A stretch of 8,659 nt of DNA from IMG/VR virus record IMGVR_UViG_2681813273_000011. The stretch is one strand, 5' to 3'. Positions 6,322 through 8,659 of the stretch are shown here, piece by piece; position 1 is the first letter of the stretch, and every line of letters begins with the position of its first letter. Position numbers and translations under genes: made by a program. The notes below the pieces were generated by a model. It did no database searches. It was given only the letters and a program-made list of their open reading frames with translations, and was not told the origin of the DNA. The stretch comes from a virus. Its lineage: Duplodnaviria; Heunggongvirae; Uroviricota; Caudoviricetes.

Positions 6322-7080
6322 CTCGGCACAAGCGGGGAGAAAATACCGTTACTCAGTACAGCGAATACCTGGACTAATCGACAAACATTCAGCGGTGGCC
6401 TTTCTGGTGAACTATCCGGCAATGCTTCTACAGCTGCAAAATTAAAAACTGCCAGGAAAATAAGCAATGTGGCTTTTGATGGTTCCTCCGATATCACATT
6501 AAAAGCAAGTCATGTTGGTGCGTTTGCCTTAGGGAAAACAGGAAGCACCGTTGCGAATGATAAAGCAGTTGGATGGAACTGGAGTAGCGGAGCCTATAAC
6601 GCAACTATTAGTGGTGCATCAACGTTAATTATTCATTTTTATATGGGAGAAGGAAGTTGTCCTGCAGCTCAGTTTCGGATTAATTATAAAAATGGCGGTA
6701 TTTTTTATCGTTCAGCCCGTGATGGTTATGGTTTTGAAGCCGACTGGTCCGAATTTTACACCACCAGAAAACCTTCAGCAGGAGATGTTGGTGCACTGCC
6801 GTTATCTGGTGGTCAACTGAATGGTGCACTGGGTATCGGAACATCCAGTGCTCTTGGCGGTAATTCGATTGTATTGGGTGATAATGACACGGGCTTTAAA
6901 CAAAAAGGCGATGGTAATCTGGATGTTTATGCTAATAACGTCCATGTTATGCGCTTTGTCTCCGGAAGCATTCAAAGTAATAAAACCATAAATATTACGG
7001 GACGTGTTAATCCCTCGGATTACGGTAACTTTGATTCCCGCTATGTGAGAGATGTCAGACTTGGCACACGAGTTGTTTAG
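6304..7080 (+). CDS. Tail fibre variable C-terminal segment (Sv-like), silent orientation, no start codon; ends at an in-frame TAG
   Basis: Open frame from inside the pix site: NLGLRELGTSGEKIPLLSTANTWTNRQTFSGG... to ...RYVRDVRLGTRVV*. ORF track 6469..7080 is the same frame. Homology to the other fibre C-terminus continues for 49 codons past the TAG, to a TAA at 7228-7230. Confidence 0.7.
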   Translation, partial: NLGLRELGTSGEKIPLLSTANTWTNRQTFSGGLSGELSGNASTAAKLKTARKISNVAFDGSSDITLKASHVGAFALGKTGSTVANDKAVGWNWSSGAYNATISGASTLIIHFYMGEGSCPAAQFRINYKNGGIFYRSARDGYGFEADWSEFYTTRKPSAGDVGALPLSGGQLNGALGIGTSSALGGNSIVLGDNDTGFKQKGDGNLDVYANNVHVMRFVSGSIQSNKTINITGRVNPSDYGNFDSRYVRDVRLGTRVV

Positions 7081-7232
7081 ACCATGAAGAAAGGCGTGAT
7101 GTATGAAAAATCAGGCCATGTAATCACGGGGCTTGGTATTATCGGTGAAGTCGATGGTGATGATCCGGCAGTATTCAGACCAATACAAAAGTTAATTAAC
7201 GGAACATGGTATAACGTATCGCAGGTATAATC

Positions 7233-7766
7233 ATGCAGCATTTAAAAAACATTGTCGCAGGTAATCCAAAAACCGTTGAACAATACCAGCTAACAAAGAA
7301 TTTTGATGTTATCTGGTTATGGTCCGAAGATGGAAAAAATTGGCATGAGGAATTAAAAAACTTTCAGGAGGATACAATAAAACTGGCTTACACAGTTGAG
7401 GGAATAATTATTGCTATAGACAAGGATGTATCAGCAATTAATCCAGAAGGTTTAAGTGTCGTTGAGTTGCCTGATATTACAGCAAATCGCCGGGCTGATA
7501 TTTCGGGCAACTGGATGTTCAAAGATGGTGCGGTGATAAAGCGAACTTATACCGAGGAAGAGCAAAGGCAACAAGCGGAAAATGAAAAGCAGAGCCTGCT
7601 GCAGCTCGTCAGGGATAAAACCCAGCTGTGGGACTCTCAGCTACAGCTGGGCATCATTTCCGATGAGAATAAACAAAAATTAACCGAGTGGATGCTCTAT
7701 GCGCAGAAGGTTGAATCCACAGACACCTCCAGCCTGCCAGTAACGTTTCCCGAACAACCAGAATGA
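7233..7766 (+). CDS. tfa: Tail fibre assembly protein (Tfa/U-like chaperone)
   Basis: ORF track 7233..7766, [22 protein letters not shown]... N-terminus is similar to the convergent tfa' and the C-terminus is divergent. The ATG lies 2 nt after the extended fibre stop. Confidence 0.85.
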   Translation: MQHLKNIVAGNPKTVEQYQLTKNFDVIWLWSEDGKNWHEELKNFQEDTIKLAYTVEGIIIAIDKDVSAINPEGLSVVELPDITANRRADISGNWMFKDGAVIKRTYTEEEQRQQAENEKQSLLQLVRDKTQLWDSQLQLGIISDENKQKLTEWMLYAQKVESTDTSSLPVTFPEQPE

Positions 7767-7769
7767 GAG

Positions 7770-7799
7770 AAGGCCCGCTATCGGGCCTTAATTTTTATT
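7770..7799. terminator. Bidirectional rho-independent terminator between the convergent tfa genes
   Basis: 8-bp GC-rich stem aaggcccg / cgggcctt with 4-nt loop (7770-7789), followed by a T-rich tract (aatttttatt). Confidence 0.65.
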
Positions 7800-8322
7800 C
7801 AGGCTTTTGTGGCCATTCAGGATTTGCCGTATCCACACGGCTGACCAGAACACTGTAGCGTTCCCATGCTTCCAGTCGTGTGCGTTCCTCGTCTGTTGCC
7901 ATATTCAGCCTGACAGCTCGTTCCAGCGGCTGGATGACTGATTCAGCTTCGGAAAGCAATGCGGCCTTTTGTGATTCGGCCTGTTGTTGCAGTTCCTGTT
8001 CTGTATATTCCCTCTTTACTACTTTACCATCCAGAAACATCCATTTTCCGTTATTGTCTGCGTGACGATTTGCCGTAATATCAGGAACTTCAACTATGCT
8101 TAGCCCTTCAGGATTAATAGTTGAAACGTCTTTACTGACAGCAACGATGATGTTGTTCTCATCGTAAGCAATTTTTATGGTGTCTGGCTGAAAATTCTTT
8201 TGTTCCTCATACCAGTTTTTGCCATCTTCGCAAAAGAGCCATACCACGCCCGCTTTTTTAGTTAGCTGGTATTGTTCCGGTGTTTTCGGATTCCCGGCCT
8301 TAATATTTTTCAGGTGCATCAT
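7795..8322 (-). CDS. tfa: Tail fibre assembly protein (Tfa'), alternative copy
   Basis: ORF track 7795..8358. Start chosen at ATG 8322 ([22 protein letters not shown]...) by alignment with the plus-strand tfa and its position just after the upstream fibre stop. Confidence 0.85.
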   Translation of the reverse strand: MMHLKNIKAGNPKTPEQYQLTKKAGVVWLFCEDGKNWYEEQKNFQPDTIKIAYDENNIIVAVSKDVSTINPEGLSIVEVPDITANRHADNNGKWMFLDGKVVKREYTEQELQQQAESQKAALLSEAESVIQPLERAVRLNMATDEERTRLEAWERYSVLVSRVDTANPEWPQKPE

Positions 8323-8323
8323 C

Positions 8324-8611
8324 TTAAACACTCCCCACGTTGTACCATATTCCCCCAATCAATTTCTGAATTGGCCTTCTGGCAACAGTGTCGACAATAT
8401 CATCCGCATTGCTGTTAATTGCGGCTGTTAAAACATAACCTGACGCATCGCCAAAGCCGTAGTCGCGCCATACGTTTTTATATTCAATGCTGCCAAGACG
8501 AATATCCCGAACGACATGATTATGCAGCCATGTGCTTAACCAGTTGTTTTCCCACACTGAACCATAAATATCGCCACTAGACGCAACTTGCGCACCACTT
8601 CCCAGCGCAAA
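8324..8611 (-). CDS. Tail fibre variable C-terminal segment (S'v-like); 5' portion cut off by an IS600-like insertion
   Basis: Minus frame ...[95 protein letters not shown]. The C-terminus parallels the plus-strand fibre segment (VRDVRLG / [12 protein letters not shown]). The first 9 codons of track ORF 8324..8638 are IS-derived. Confidence 0.75.
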   Translation of the reverse strand, partial: FALGSGAQVASSGDIYGSVWENNWLSTWLHNHVVRDIRLGSIEYKNVWRDYGFGDASGYVLTAAINSNADDIVDTVARRPIQKLIGGIWYNVGSV

Positions 8612-8612
8612 T

Positions 8613-8659
8613 TGAGGTAGCCTGAGTTTAACGGACACTCCTTCCTGAAATAGAATGGC
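8613..8659 (+). mobile_element. IS3-family (IS600-like) left end; element continues off the right edge of the window
   Basis: Identical to the first 47 bp of the fragment at 4864. Confidence 0.7.

Noticed and set aside
6300-6497. Minus-strand 65-aa ORF
   Set aside because: It overlaps the pix site and runs antisense to the tail-fibre segment.
7880-8431. Plus-strand ORFs of 61 aa and 70 aa
   Set aside because: They are antisense to tfa' and the second fibre segment, and have low-complexity composition.

Overview
This window reads as an IS-riddled remnant of a prophage tail-fibre / DNA-invertase region, of the kind seen in Shigella and E. coli cryptic prophages. All calls come from reading the sequence and ORF track by eye; no searches were run. 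From left to right: (1) an IS1 terminal repeat at 1-44; (2) a sigma70-like promoter and a ~235-nt structured leader in front of a Rha-family phage regulatory gene (620-1177); (3) three copies of a cassette made of a tail-fibre-assembly (tfa) 3' remnant on the minus strand, a promoter, and a 222-aa class I SAM-dependent methyltransferase gene (starts 1915, 3292, 5192). Copy 1 is cut after codon 150 by the N-terminal fragment of an IS110-family element (2367-2987, minus strand); copies 2 and 3 are intact and lie in a 1900-bp periodic repeat that also carries an identical pin (Gin/Hin/Pin serine invertase) pseudogene. (4) A gix/pix-like 26-bp crossover site (6296-6321) opens a Mu G-segment-like invertible module: a silent tail-fibre C-terminal segment (6304-7080, with an in-frame TAG), tfa (7233-7766), a bidirectional terminator, a convergent tfa' (7795-8322) and the alternative fibre C-terminus (8324-8611), which is cut by an IS3-family (IS600-like) left end at 8613. 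A second truncated IS600-like left end sits at 4864-4986. The switch looks dead (pin pseudogene, amber in one fibre segment, IS in the other). The most unusual features are the triplicated orphan methyltransferase cassette, whose repeat boundary falls exactly on a pix half-site, and the IS110-family 5' leader, which could encode a bridge-RNA-like ncRNA.
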